Assembly (NCBI GenBank): GCA_965204345.1
Contig: OZ241981.1
Coordinates: forward strand, 1,792,001 to 1,856,000
DNA from: Nitrosopumilus sp.
GTDB lineage: Archaea; Thermoproteota; Nitrososphaeria; Nitrososphaerales; Nitrosopumilaceae
DNA length: 64,000 nt
Direction: 5' to 3'
Under the pieces are notes generated by a model. The model saw nothing but the letters and a program-made list of their open reading frames with translations, was not told the DNA's origin and did not search any database. Of the stretch, positions 1 through 10,600 are shown piece after piece. The position numbers were made by a program, and so were the translations under genes. Position 1 is the stretch's first letter. Each line of letters opens with the position of its first letter.

Positions 1-193
1 CATTTGTAATTCGCTGTTTTATGAATTTGATTTTCTTACTTTTTACTAATTTATCGATTTGAGTATTTACTGAATCACTAATTACAGTAATGCTGCCCCC
101 TTGTTTTAGTGTGGAGTTGATTCTCTTTTGTGCCTCATTTCCTCCCCCTATGATGACTATTTTTTTATCTTGAAGATTAAGATCAACTATCAT
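1..193 (-). CDS. Precorrin-2 dehydrogenase / siroheme synthase N-terminal part (runs off the window start)
   Basis: Manual translation from ATG at 193: MIVDLNLQDKKIVIIGGGNEAQKRINSTLKQGGSITVIS..., a Rossmann GGG motif typical of SirC/CysG; divergent from ahbAB. Confidence 0.8.
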   Translation of the reverse strand, partial: MIVDLNLQDKKIVIIGGGNEAQKRINSTLKQGGSITVISDSVNTQIDKLVKSKKIKFIKQRITN

Positions 194-296
194 CGATCAA
201 AAGGATTTCAGTTTCTATTTATGTATTAAAAACTGCTGCGTAAAATACAAGCTACATTTTTAATTGAATAGCCAGGTTATTGATTTGTTGACTTTT

Positions 297-1313
297 ATGG
301 ACGACTATGATAAAGAACTTTTAAATGAAATTCAATGGACTTTTCCACTTGTAACTAGGCCTTTTGATGCTATTGCTAAAAAATTTGATTCAACCCCTGA
401 GGATATCAAAAAACGACTCAATCAACTAAAAGAGATTGGCGTTCTAAGACAACTCAGTGCCATTTTTGATACCAGAAAGCTAGGATACACCAGTTCTTTG
501 GTTGCCATGGAAATCGAGGATGATAAACTTGAGGATGTTGCAAGTCAGATCAATGGCCATCCCGGCGTCAGCCATAATTATGAGCGAGATCATCAGTTCA
601 ATCTCTGGTTTACTCTGGCTGTTCCTCCAGGTTCTGATTTGAAAGTTGAATTGGAGAAATTCAACGTGCTAAAGGGAATTAAAAAGGTAAGAATGCTGCC
701 AACTTTGCAACTATTCAAAATTGGTGTCAAACTTGACATGGTAGACGATAAGAAGCATGATGTTGCACCTACAGAAGAAAAAAAAGAAGTTAAAAATATT
801 GAATTTGTTCCGACTGAAAAAGACAAGGACTTTATTCGTGAATTACAAAAAGACATGGATATTGTTGATGAGCCCTTTGCTGGTGCCGCAAAAAATCTTG
901 GAATGACTGAGGATGAATTGTTTACAAAAATGAAATATTACGAGGATATCGGTGTTATGAGGCGCTTTGCTGCCATTTTAAGACATAGGCAAGTCGGTTT
1001 TACTGCAAATGGCATGATTGTATGGAAAGTTCCCGAAGATCGAATCGCCAAGGTTGGAGAGACACTTGGCTCTTTTCCTCAGGTGAGTCATTGTTATGAG
1101 AGACCAACATATGCTGATTGGCCTTACAACGTGTTTTCGATGATTCATTGTAAAACCCATGATGAGGCAAACAAGATGGCCAAAACCATTCAAGATCAAA
1201 TCAATGTTGATGAATACAAAATTCTGTTTAGTTCCAGAGAATTTAAGAAAACCCGTGTTGAATATTTTGTAGAAGACTCTTTTAGCCTGGAAGAGACTGT
1301 TTCTGCATCCTAA
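297..1313 (+). CDS. Siroheme decarboxylase AhbA/AhbB fusion (Lrp/AsnC-like, NirDL/NirGH family)
   Basis: Two tandem Lrp-like halves with HPGVSHNYER..NLWFT and FPQVSHCYER..WPYNVFSMIH motifs; ATG at 297 preferred over TTG at 264. Confidence 0.85.
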   Translation: MDDYDKELLNEIQWTFPLVTRPFDAIAKKFDSTPEDIKKRLNQLKEIGVLRQLSAIFDTRKLGYTSSLVAMEIEDDKLEDVASQINGHPGVSHNYERDHQFNLWFTLAVPPGSDLKVELEKFNVLKGIKKVRMLPTLQLFKIGVKLDMVDDKKHDVAPTEEKKEVKNIEFVPTEKDKDFIRELQKDMDIVDEPFAGAAKNLGMTEDELFTKMKYYEDIGVMRRFAAILRHRQVGFTANGMIVWKVPEDRIAKVGETLGSFPQVSHCYERPTYADWPYNVFSMIHCKTHDEANKMAKTIQDQINVDEYKILFSSREFKKTRVEYFVEDSFSLEETVSAS

Positions 1314-1654
1314 AACTCATTTTCATCGTGACCAACCACGTGTATTGTACAAAAATACTGATCGTTCATATTGCAATAGTATAGAGAGTCTTTTCCGCAT
1401 TCCTTGCATGGCGGCTTTTGATCTAATTCTGATAGTTTTGTATGGTACGCTCTACTGCTTCTGGCAGTAATGTTTGAGTCCTTGTATATTCTGGTGATAT
1501 TTGAATAGTACTCTAGCTCTTCAGGGTTGAGTATTTGGCCATTTTTCATCTTTTTAATCATGGCCTGCCATTTTCTGTATTTGCCTATTTTGGCAGCCTT
1601 CATCCTCTCGATGATTTCCATGGTTTTTTCTAAATCTATTGGACTGCCATCCAT
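1310..1654 (-). CDS. Hypothetical protein with C-terminal Cys/His zinc-finger-like motif
   Basis: CKEC...C...C..H near the C-terminus; co-oriented downstream of the aldo/keto reductase. Confidence 0.65.
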   Translation of the reverse strand: MDGSPIDLEKTMEIIERMKAAKIGKYRKWQAMIKKMKNGQILNPEELEYYSNITRIYKDSNITARSSRAYHTKLSELDQKPPCKECGKDSLYYCNMNDQYFCTIHVVGHDENEF

Positions 1655-1660
1655 TTGATA

Positions 1661-2659
1661 TTAGCCTGTATGGGGGGTTGCCTTTAATTCATAGGGCGGC
1701 CACGTGTCATACAGTTCCTCTATTTCCTTCATATCTGATGCTGAAACGTATTCCCCCTTTGTCATTTCCACATAGTCTACAATCTCCTCTTCGCTCACTA
1801 CTGTTGGGAATACTGATGCAAATCCCTTCTTGGACATGATAAATTTCATTGACAGCTCTGTAATTGTCAGTCCGTTTCTATCTGCAATTGGTCTTAGCTG
1901 CTCTACTTTTTGCAGTGATGCCTTAATCCACTCTCCCTTCCTTACAGATCTATGATCCTTTTCATCTATTTTTGTCTCAGCATTTACTTTTCCTGTTAGT
2001 ATTCCTGATGCCTCCGGCACCCTGACTAAGACCCCCACATCCTTCTCTTCTGCCTTTTTCATCAGCTCCTTTCCCGGGGTCTGCTCTAAGATGTTGTAAA
2101 CTGTTTGGACTGCGCTCACATTTGGCTTATCCATTGCCTCTGTTCCTTCCTGTGTCCATCCTATTGCAGGACCTAGAGCAATCTGGTACGTCTTGATGGA
2201 TCCATCTGCAACAAGGCTATCCAACACATCAAAAATTGAATCCTCTCGTATGTGCTGTAACTTTGGATTGTGCAAACCATACATGTCTAAATGATCTGTT
2301 TGCAGCCTTTCTAGGCTGTCCCTTAGTGCCTTACGTGTAAAATTCTCGTCAAATTTCTGTGGAAGCTCACTGTGGCCAATTTGTTCTACTTTTGAAAAAT
2401 CATACCCGTATTTTGTAGAAATAACAACCTCATCTCTCATATCTTTGAAAACTTCGCCAATGAGCCTTTCACTCTTTCCTTTTCCATACATGTCGCCTGT
2501 CTCAAAAAAGTTAATCCCTAGGTCATATGCCTTTTTGAGCATTCGTTTTGCCTCATCTTCTTCAATTTTTTTGCCCCACCAATCCAAGGCAATTGACCAT
2601 GCACCAAATCCCAACTCTGACACTTTGATGTCTGTTTTTCCTAGTTTATTGTAGTTCAT
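1661..2659 (-). CDS. Aldo/keto reductase
   Basis: LGKTDIKVSELGFG, GINFFETGDMYG, STKYG, SLERLQTDHLDMYGLH motifs. Confidence 0.93.
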   Translation of the reverse strand: MNYNKLGKTDIKVSELGFGAWSIALDWWGKKIEEDEAKRMLKKAYDLGINFFETGDMYGKGKSERLIGEVFKDMRDEVVISTKYGYDFSKVEQIGHSELPQKFDENFTRKALRDSLERLQTDHLDMYGLHNPKLQHIREDSIFDVLDSLVADGSIKTYQIALGPAIGWTQEGTEAMDKPNVSAVQTVYNILEQTPGKELMKKAEEKDVGVLVRVPEASGILTGKVNAETKIDEKDHRSVRKGEWIKASLQKVEQLRPIADRNGLTITELSMKFIMSKKGFASVFPTVVSEEEIVDYVEMTKGEYVSASDMKEIEELYDTWPPYELKATPHTG

Positions 2660-3153
2660 CTTTTAATTATTTGATTTCGACATATTTATTTATTAAACCT
2701 ATAATTCGATACTAATGTCAAAGGCTGAATACGAATACAGGGTTGTTTCAAAAATTGATGTTATTGTTGTTGGAATTAACAAGAGGATAAGGCACATGCT
2801 ATCAGAGTTGGAGATTGGTGATACAGTCACTGCAAAATTGCTTTTTTGCAAGCATAAAGACATTCTTGGATTTAAAAGTGACAGTCTGCACTGAATGACA
2901 TTTCATACGCACTAAAAACGGCATGCAAATCAAAAAAGATCCAAAGAATAAATGATCCCGCAGTTCCCAAATCCTGAATGTGCCGCAGAACAGACAGAGG
3001 ACAACACTGAGATGAGAATAATCGATGACTCATTTGAGGACTATCTGAAATGATTGGCTGCTGAAATGATGCAAGATTCAAAACGCATATGATTTGTGAA
3101 ATGATGTCAGATTCTCAAATAATGTTATATTCCGGTATATTACAATATACCAT

Positions 3154-3381
3154 ATGAGTACCATGAAGGTATCTGAGCAGACCAAAAAGAGGATCGGCAG
3201 GTTCCGAAACTATCCAAAGGAACCATACGAGTCAGTCATCAAGAGGATGGCCCAGGTGTATGAAGAAGATTTGGAACTTGGCGAGGATGACATAAGAGAC
3301 ATTCAAAGTAGTCTTGATGATCTCAAGGAAGGACGCATCAATACGCATGAGCAGGTCAAAAATGAGTTTGGGTTAAAGTAA
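3154..3381 (+). CDS. Type II antitoxin (RHH-like N-terminus, acidic C-terminus)
   Basis: 75 aa, STMKVSEQTKKRI...YESVIKRM, directly upstream of and abutting a RelE toxin. Confidence 0.8.
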   Translation: MSTMKVSEQTKKRIGRFRNYPKEPYESVIKRMAQVYEEDLELGEDDIRDIQSSLDDLKEGRINTHEQVKNEFGLK

Positions 3382-3633
3382 ATGTGGAGGATAGTGTGGA
3401 CTGCCACTGCAAAACGGCAGTTCAGAAAGATAAACAGGCAAAACCAGCAGCGAATCATGACTGCACTTGATGACTGCATTGAGAACCCGATGGTCATGAC
3501 AACCCAGCTTGCGGGAAGCAATCTAAGGCGTCTCAAAGTTGGCAATTACAGAGTAATAGCACACATCCAAAAACAGCAAGTCACAATTGGAATCATCAGG
3601 GTACAGCACAGAAAGAATGTTTACAAACTATAA
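3382..3633 (+). CDS. relE: RelE/ParE family toxin
   Basis: WRIVWTATAKRQFRKI...RRLKVGNYRVI...VQHRKNVYK, RelE signature. Confidence 0.88.
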   Translation: MWRIVWTATAKRQFRKINRQNQQRIMTALDDCIENPMVMTTQLAGSNLRRLKVGNYRVIAHIQKQQVTIGIIRVQHRKNVYKL

Positions 3634-3823
3634 TGGTGCACAAAAATGACGTATCTTGAGAATTTCCCACAGCAGTACGCTCCAAAAGATGCAGTAGGCA
3701 ATGCGTCTACAGGTCACTTTAAGGATTATTATGCTATGCATCCACAAGGTTTATTGGAAAATTAAGAGTAACAATGTCGGTTTTCAAGCAAGTTAGCCAT
3801 TGTACTTGGTATCCACTGTTAAC

Positions 3824-4218
3824 ATGACACAAAAGACACCTAGGGCATTTATCACAGACGGATTACCAGCTTATGCTAGTGCATCAAGGAGGATATTTGG
3901 CAAGAAGACATATCATTCAAGAAATGTCCATCTTAGAGGCCAGATGAACAACAACAAGATGGAACGCCTAAATGGAGAGATCAGGGATAGGGAGAAGGTA
4001 TTCAGGGGATTAAAGAGAAAAGATACGCCGCTGATTGCAGGGCTGAAGCTATGGTACAATTTCTCAAAGGAACATGGAGGGTTAGGTGGTGATGTTACGC
4101 CTTCTGAGGCTGCACTAATCAGGGTTGACGGTGATAACAAGTGGAAAACTATCATACAGAACGCCTCACTTTACAAGGAAAATTCGATCTAAACAACTCC
4201 CGAAGATGTTACAGAACC
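3824..4218 (+). mobile_element. IS6-family remnant: 3' part of DDE transposase plus right terminal inverted repeat
   Basis: ITDGLPAY...NNKMERLNGEIRDREKVFRG...WYNF...TPSEAA...KWKTIIQNA; ends ...TTACAGAACC (revcomp GGTTCTGTAA, like IS6-family GGTTCTGT termini); N-terminus missing. Confidence 0.8.
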
Positions 4219-4263
4219 TTTGATAGCACTTCTAATATAGTATGCCAAAAAACCAACAAACCG

Positions 4264-5619
4264 ATGCGGATTCTGCTTGCCATATCCATTGTATCACTTT
4301 TTGGAGTTACCAGTGCATATGCTGAGATTGCCTCCCCCTACGAGCAGCTAAAATCCGGTGTGCCGCTATATGAAATCCAGTGTGAGTATCAAAAGATTCT
4401 ACTGGAATCTCCTAGGAACAACAAGCCTGTATGTGTAAAAAGTGATACGGCAGACATACTGGTGGAGCGCGGCTGGTACATGATAAAAATATTTGATGAG
4501 CTGCCATCTGCTGAGCTGCCATCTGCTGAGCTGCCATCTGCTGAGCTGCCTGTAGCAACTACTAACAACCAGACAGAAAGCAACTCAGATGCTGTCTCTG
4601 ATCCGGTACAGACAGAGACATACTATCCTCACCACAGAGATCGGTATATTATTGCACGTAGTTCTGGCGGTATAGACCTATCTGTAATTGAACCGCTTCC
4701 TGAAGGTGTCTACCTTCCCACAACCATAGAAAACTATGAGCGCATTATGCAAAAAATACTTGATGGCATAGACGACAAACTGATACTTCCAAATTCCGAA
4801 GGTCCAAGATATGACTATACTCTTCAACCCCTTCCTGGAGGTCGCGAAGTAGGAGAACGGCTGAACTATACATACTATACAGAACAAGGAAACATTATCA
4901 GGCCAGACGGCGCTAATAAAATAGAGCTGATAATATTAGAACCTGATGAAATATTCAGGTCAGATTATTTGGATAAAAAAATGTCCGAATATTACTCCCT
5001 TGACCAAAAGGATGAGCTTGCATTTGCCAAAAATCTAATAGCAGGTCGAGAAAAATTCCTGCAAAACTTTGTAGAAAAATCAGAACTGCCAAGGATAGTA
5101 AAGACAAACCATCTGCAGGAGAAATCACACGTGTATCTTGAAAATGGTCAAATAGAAATGCGAATGGAATGGGGTAATGTGTACATGTATTTTGTGTATG
5201 AGGAAGAACCTCCATTTCATTCGTTGTCAAAAAATACGATGCGTCAATTAATGCATCAGTTTGCTATTGATAATGTACACGTAATAGATCGAGAAAGGTG
5301 TGATAACCTTGTCCTATACGATAAGGATGATATCCGCGATATTGGAATTATAGGAGATCTAGTAGGGATTCCCATATGGAAAGCAACTGTGGGAATTTGT
5401 GATCGAATTTATAGACATGATATAGAAGAATGTAAAGCATCATCTTCGTCCGCGATGATTGATAATGGAATTTGTGATTCAATTTATAAACCTCATACAG
5501 AGTACGTAAATGTTCGTATGGAGGGCATTACGGGAGAGATTGGTTGGTTTTCTAATTCTCCAAGAATAGATGACTGGATTGACAAGATAAACATTCCAGA
5601 ACATGCCAAGGTAAGATAA
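4264..5619 (+). CDS. Secreted hypothetical protein, paralog A1
   Basis: Signal peptide MRILLAISIVSLFGVTSAYA, then the SPxxQ...C...PVCVK...LVERGW module; paralog of 6272-7546; ATG at 4264. Confidence 0.8.
   Translation: MRILLAISIVSLFGVTSAYAEIASPYEQLKSGVPLYEIQCEYQKILLESPRNNKPVCVKSDTADILVERGWYMIKIFDELPSAELPSAELPSAELPVATTNNQTESNSDAVSDPVQTETYYPHHRDRYIIARSSGGIDLSVIEPLPEGVYLPTTIENYERIMQKILDGIDDKLILPNSEGPRYDYTLQPLPGGREVGERLNYTYYTEQGNIIRPDGANKIELIILEPDEIFRSDYLDKKMSEYYSLDQKDELAFAKNLIAGREKFLQNFVEKSELPRIVKTNHLQEKSHVYLENGQIEMRMEWGNVYMYFVYEEEPPFHSLSKNTMRQLMHQFAIDNVHVIDRERCDNLVLYDKDDIRDIGIIGDLVGIPIWKATVGICDRIYRHDIEECKASSSSAMIDNGICDSIYKPHTEYVNVRMEGITGEIGWFSNSPRIDDWIDKINIPEHAKVR
4498..4550 (+). repeat. 15-bp coding tandem repeat (GAGCTGCCATCTGCT x3.5; ELPSA)
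   Basis: Read directly; not expanded in paralog A2. Confidence 0.9.
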
Positions 5620-5738
5620 AACAGATGTGAATATTGTACATTACGCCTGAAAAATCAAAGCTTGACCATTCACATATGACCAAAAACAGATTCTCAGGAT
5701 GCAAATTTTGACATACTACTCCTTTTGGACAATGTGTA

Positions 5739-6248
5739 ATGACTAACTTACTTGCCATACTGCTAGCAATCTTTGCAGTTATGGGAATCGGGCACGCATA
5801 TGCACAGACATCTGAACTGTTTGTACCCTTGCCAGACAGTGAGCTAGAATCACTTGATGCTTTTGAAGGGTATAACTTTGAATCAAAGATGGTAACAATA
5901 GATACGCAAGTTTTCTCATCAGAGCAACTAAGCATTACAATATTTGGTCAATCAACAACTTTCACAAAAGACTCAGTAGAGCATTATGAAGATGGCAACT
6001 ATCTGTGGGAGGGTTCAAATGATAATGAAGAAACTGCAATGTTTGAAGTAAGCGGTACAAAGGCAGTGGGAATAATAGACACATCAAACAGAACATTCCA
6101 AGTGTTTCCCGTAGAGGATACAACACATGAGGTGTATCTTATTGATCAGTCCCAGTTTCCACCAGACACCGTCGTACCACCTGGCGCAAGCGGTGAGCAA
6201 TCCTTTGACAGAGATGAGACATATCACTTAATAGCACTTCTAATATAG
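5739..6248 (+). pseudogene. Truncated duplicate of the N-terminal ~160 aa of the 7659-12179 surface protein
   Basis: Near-identical to the 7659 gene up to ...GEQSFDRDE, then runs into the duplication junction. Confidence 0.85.
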
Positions 6249-6271
6249 TATGCCAAAAAACCAACAAACCG

Positions 6272-7546
6272 ATGCGGATTCTGCTTGCCATATCCATTGT
6301 ATCACTTTTTGGAGTTGCCTGTGCATATGCTGAGATTGCCTCCCCCTATGAGCAGCTAAAATCCGGTGTGCCGCTATATGAAATCCAGTGTGAGTATCAA
6401 AAAATACTGTTGGAATCTCCTAGGAACAACAAGCCTGTATGTGTAAAAAGTGATACGGCAGACATACTGGTGGAGCGCGGCTGGTACATGATAAAAATAT
6501 TTGATGAGCTGCCAGTTGATGAGCTGCCGCCGGATTCAACTTTGCCTGTAGCAACTACTAACAATCAGACAGAAAGCAGCTCAGATGTTGTCTCTGTTCC
6601 TGTACAGACAGAGACATATTATCCTCACCACAGAGACCGGTATATTATTGGAAGTAGTTCTGGCGGTATAGACCTATCTGTAATTGAACCGCTTCCTGAA
6701 GGTGTCTACCTTCCCACAACCATAGAAAACTATGAGCGCATTATGCAAAAAATACTTGATGGCATAGACGACAAACTGATACTTCCAAATTCCGAAGGTC
6801 CAAGATATGACTATACTCTTGACATCATTCCGGGATATCCTGAAACAGGAACGAAGCTGAACTATACATACTATACAGAACAAGGAAACATTATCAGGCC
6901 ATTGCGTAGTACTCAAATAGAGCTGATAATATTAGAACCTGATGAAATATTCAGGTCAGATTATTTGGATAAAAAAATGTCCGAATATTACTCCCTTGAC
7001 CAAAAGGATGAGCTTGCATTTGCCAAAGATCTAATTGCAGGTCCAGAAGAATTCATACAAAACTTTGTGGAAAAATCAGGACTGCCAAGGATAGTAAATA
7101 TGAACCCTGATTTTGACCGTTCATTGATAACTCTTGAAAATGGTCAAATAGAAATGCGAATGGAATGGGATAATGTGTACATGTATTTTGTGTATGAGGA
7201 AGAACCTCCATTTCATTCGTTGTCAAAAAATACGATGCGTCAATTAATGCATCAGTTTGCTATTGATAATGTACACGTAATAGATCGAGAAAGGTGTGAT
7301 AACCTTGTCCTATACGATAAAGATGATATCCGCAATATTGGAATTACAACCGATCTAGCAGGGATTCCACTATGGAAAGCACATGTGGGAACTTGTGATG
7401 GTTCAATTTATAAACATCATACAAAGTACGTATATGTTAGCATGGAGGGCATTACAGGAGAGATTGGCTGGTTTTCTGGTCGTACTCCGGTAATAGATGA
7501 CTGGATTGACAAGATAAACATTCCAGAACATGCCAAGGTAAGATAA
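6272..7546 (+). CDS. Secreted hypothetical protein, paralog A2
   Basis: Same signal peptide and long identical blocks as 4264-5619. Confidence 0.8.
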   Translation: MRILLAISIVSLFGVACAYAEIASPYEQLKSGVPLYEIQCEYQKILLESPRNNKPVCVKSDTADILVERGWYMIKIFDELPVDELPPDSTLPVATTNNQTESSSDVVSVPVQTETYYPHHRDRYIIGSSSGGIDLSVIEPLPEGVYLPTTIENYERIMQKILDGIDDKLILPNSEGPRYDYTLDIIPGYPETGTKLNYTYYTEQGNIIRPLRSTQIELIILEPDEIFRSDYLDKKMSEYYSLDQKDELAFAKDLIAGPEEFIQNFVEKSGLPRIVNMNPDFDRSLITLENGQIEMRMEWDNVYMYFVYEEEPPFHSLSKNTMRQLMHQFAIDNVHVIDRERCDNLVLYDKDDIRNIGITTDLAGIPLWKAHVGTCDGSIYKHHTKYVYVSMEGITGEIGWFSGRTPVIDDWIDKINIPEHAKVR

Positions 7547-7658
7547 AACAGGTAGAATATTGTCAATTACGCCTCAAAAATCAAAGCTTGACCATTCACA
7601 TATGACTAAAAACAGATTCTCAGAATACAAATTTTGATATACTACTTTTGGACAAGGT

Positions 7659-10600
7659 GTGATGACTAACTTACTTGCCCTGTTGTTGGCAATCTTTGCA
7701 GTTATGGGAATCGGTCACGCATATGCCCAGACATCTGAACTGTTTGTACCCTTGCCAGACAGTGAGCTAGAATCACTTGATGCTTTTGAAGGGTATAACT
7801 TTGAATCACAGATGGTAACAATAGATACGCAAGTTTTCTCATCAGAGCAACTAAGCATTACAATATTTGGTCAATCAACAACTTTCACAAAAGACTCAGT
7901 AGAGCATTATGAAGATGGCAACTATCTGTGGGAGGGTTCCAATGATAATGAAGAGACTGCAATGTTTGAAGTAAGCGGTACAAAGGCAGTGGGAATAATA
8001 GACACATCAAACAGAACATTCCAAGTGTTTCCCGTAGAGGCCACAACACATGAAGTGTATCTCATTGATCAGTCCCAGTTTCCACCAGACACCGTCGTAC
8101 CACCTGGCGCAAGCGGTGAGCAATCCTTTGACAGAGATGAAATAGACCATTTAGTGGAATCATACATTGGAGGATTCAAGTACGTTAGATTTACCGAAGA
8201 CCTGGTCATAGACGTATTCATAGCCATAACTACTGATGCAATTAGCGAATATGGTAGCTTAGAACGGTTCATCTCAAACTCGGTAATACGTAACACAGAT
8301 AGTACGTATGGATATAACAATATTCCAGTTGAACTCAACCTCGTAGATCGTGTTCGTGTAAGCGGATATACCGAGACTGACGACTTGGAGACTGATCTTT
8401 ATAAATTCCGATTCTCTGATGAGGGCAACTTGGAAAGAGTTCGTGTGTTAATAGAGAGAGAAGAGGCAGATATTGCAATAATGTTTGTTGATAGTATTAT
8501 TGATGATGATGTTGATGTTGATGATTATGCTAAAGATTTGGATAACAAATGCTCTCTAGCTGCACAACAGCTTGTTAGAACTCCAAGTACGGCATTTGCA
8601 GTGGTGGACATAAAATGTCTTGCTGCATACTCTGCAACCAACGCAATAGGGCGTATGCACGGGGCAGGATACGACATCGACATGGAAAGAAACCCAATTT
8701 TCAGTCACGGTCATGGGTATTATGATGTAGGCATTGCTCAAAGAACAATGATGGCATCAAGTGGTGGCAACTGTGATAATCCAATTACTCAGACAAAAGA
8801 AACATGTGATAGAAGAAGAGTATGGTCGGATCCATTCAGAAATTTCCTTGGTACAACCAACAGGATAGGTGACGATGTCAGCTGGAATGCCAGAGTAGTC
8901 TTTGCAACAGCGCCACACATTGCATCACTGCGCGGACCTGCACAGACATACGATGACACAAGACCTACAGGCTCTGTCACACTGCCTCAAAACATACCGC
9001 AGAGCGGAAAACTGAACATTTCTGCTACATTTAATGAAATTATAAACCCAAACTTCCCACTTGATGTCACTATCACAAACGGCTACACATCAACTACCGG
9101 AACGATGACTCGTACATCAGATACGACCTTTGAATACTCACACCTGCTTGACGGAGAAGACGGCACATTTGTAATACTGTTTTCAAATGCACGCGATATA
9201 TTTGGAAATCCAGTTGCCAAGACCCCCACTTCAGGAGGCATGGTGACACTAGACGCAGAGGACATACTGCACAGGCCATTCTCAGGACCAATCACTACCA
9301 ATTTTGAAGATAATTTTCAAGGAGGGCTATCTCAGTGGAAGCTTACGGGATACGGCAGACCAACAACAGCTACTCCTGATGAAGTCATATTCCCGGCAAC
9401 AGATATAGATACTGCAAACAAAGTAATGTCATCTAATCAATGTAGCAGAATATGCATGTCCACAATACCTACTTTACTTGATACACGCCAACCACTTACA
9501 ATATCCTTTGATAGATTTGTAGACAAATCCATTAGACAGGACGATGGTCTTTATCTGGAGTATTCTGTAGATGATGGAACAACATGGACCACGCTTGCCG
9601 AATATACTAGCGACAATGACGAAGACACAGACGATTGGGAGCGCGAATACGTCTCTCTTGTAATACCTCAAAGCAGTGCAAAACTGCGTCTGCTAATGGA
9701 CGTATCTGAACGTAGAGGCTTTGTAGAAGTAGACAACTTTAAGGTATACAAGCCTGTACCTGCCGTACCAGACATCATGCTCAGACCCATACTGAGCATG
9801 GACAGAACACAGATATCCTTTAGCCTGATGGAGAGAATTCCAGTTAGGCTGGATGCGTCAGACTTTGAGATTAGCCATGGAACAATTACTTCATTGTCTC
9901 ATCGAGCAAACTCTTCATCGGCAAGCATGCGCGTTGCAGACATTCCCTATGACACACCAATTACTGTGACATACACGGGACCGAGTATTCTGATAAATGG
10001 TGTATATCTGAATTCGGGCACCAGCGGAATGACAAACAGCATACCAAAGCCTGTTGTTCTTCCAGAAATAACTGCGCCATCAGATATGACAATAGAGGCA
10101 ACAGGTGCACTTACACGTCTTGCCGCAGAACAGCTTGGAACACCAACGGTAACTGGTGACAGACTTTTGCCAGCAACAAACAATGCACCAAGGGATTTCC
10201 CACTGGGTGATACGACAGTAAGGTGGACTGTAACTGATGCCTCACGAAATTCTGCAACAGACACTCAGGTTATAACCATACGTGATACCACTCCGCCGGT
10301 AATACAGGATGTTACAGACCTGACATTAGAGACTGACACCGATTCCATTGCAGCAAACTATGCTGTACCTGTTGCAACAGATACAGTAGACACATCAGTT
10401 GACGTATCATGTAATGTTGCAGTTGGAGCAGACCTACCGATTGGAGAGCACATTATAACGTGTACGGCAACAGACGACTCTGAAAACACATCTCAGACCA
10501 TCTTTAGGATAACTGTAATATTTCCAGATTTTGTTATGCCAGTCATTACAGCTCCCACTGATATTACCTTGGAGGCCACTGGCATCCTAACACCTGTGAA

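Larger units (their letters stand above)
4223..8140 (+). repeat. Tandem segmental duplication (~4223-6217 and ~6231-8140)
   Basis: Both copies start ATAGCACTTCTAATATAGTATGCC and end ...TCCTTTGACAGAGATGA; each covers one secreted gene plus the 5' end of the large surface-protein gene. Confidence 0.95.

Noticed and set aside
4264-7546. Diversity-generating retroelement TR/VR pair
   Set aside because: Differences in the patch examined are not adenine-specific, they include indels, and no reverse transcriptase is present in the window
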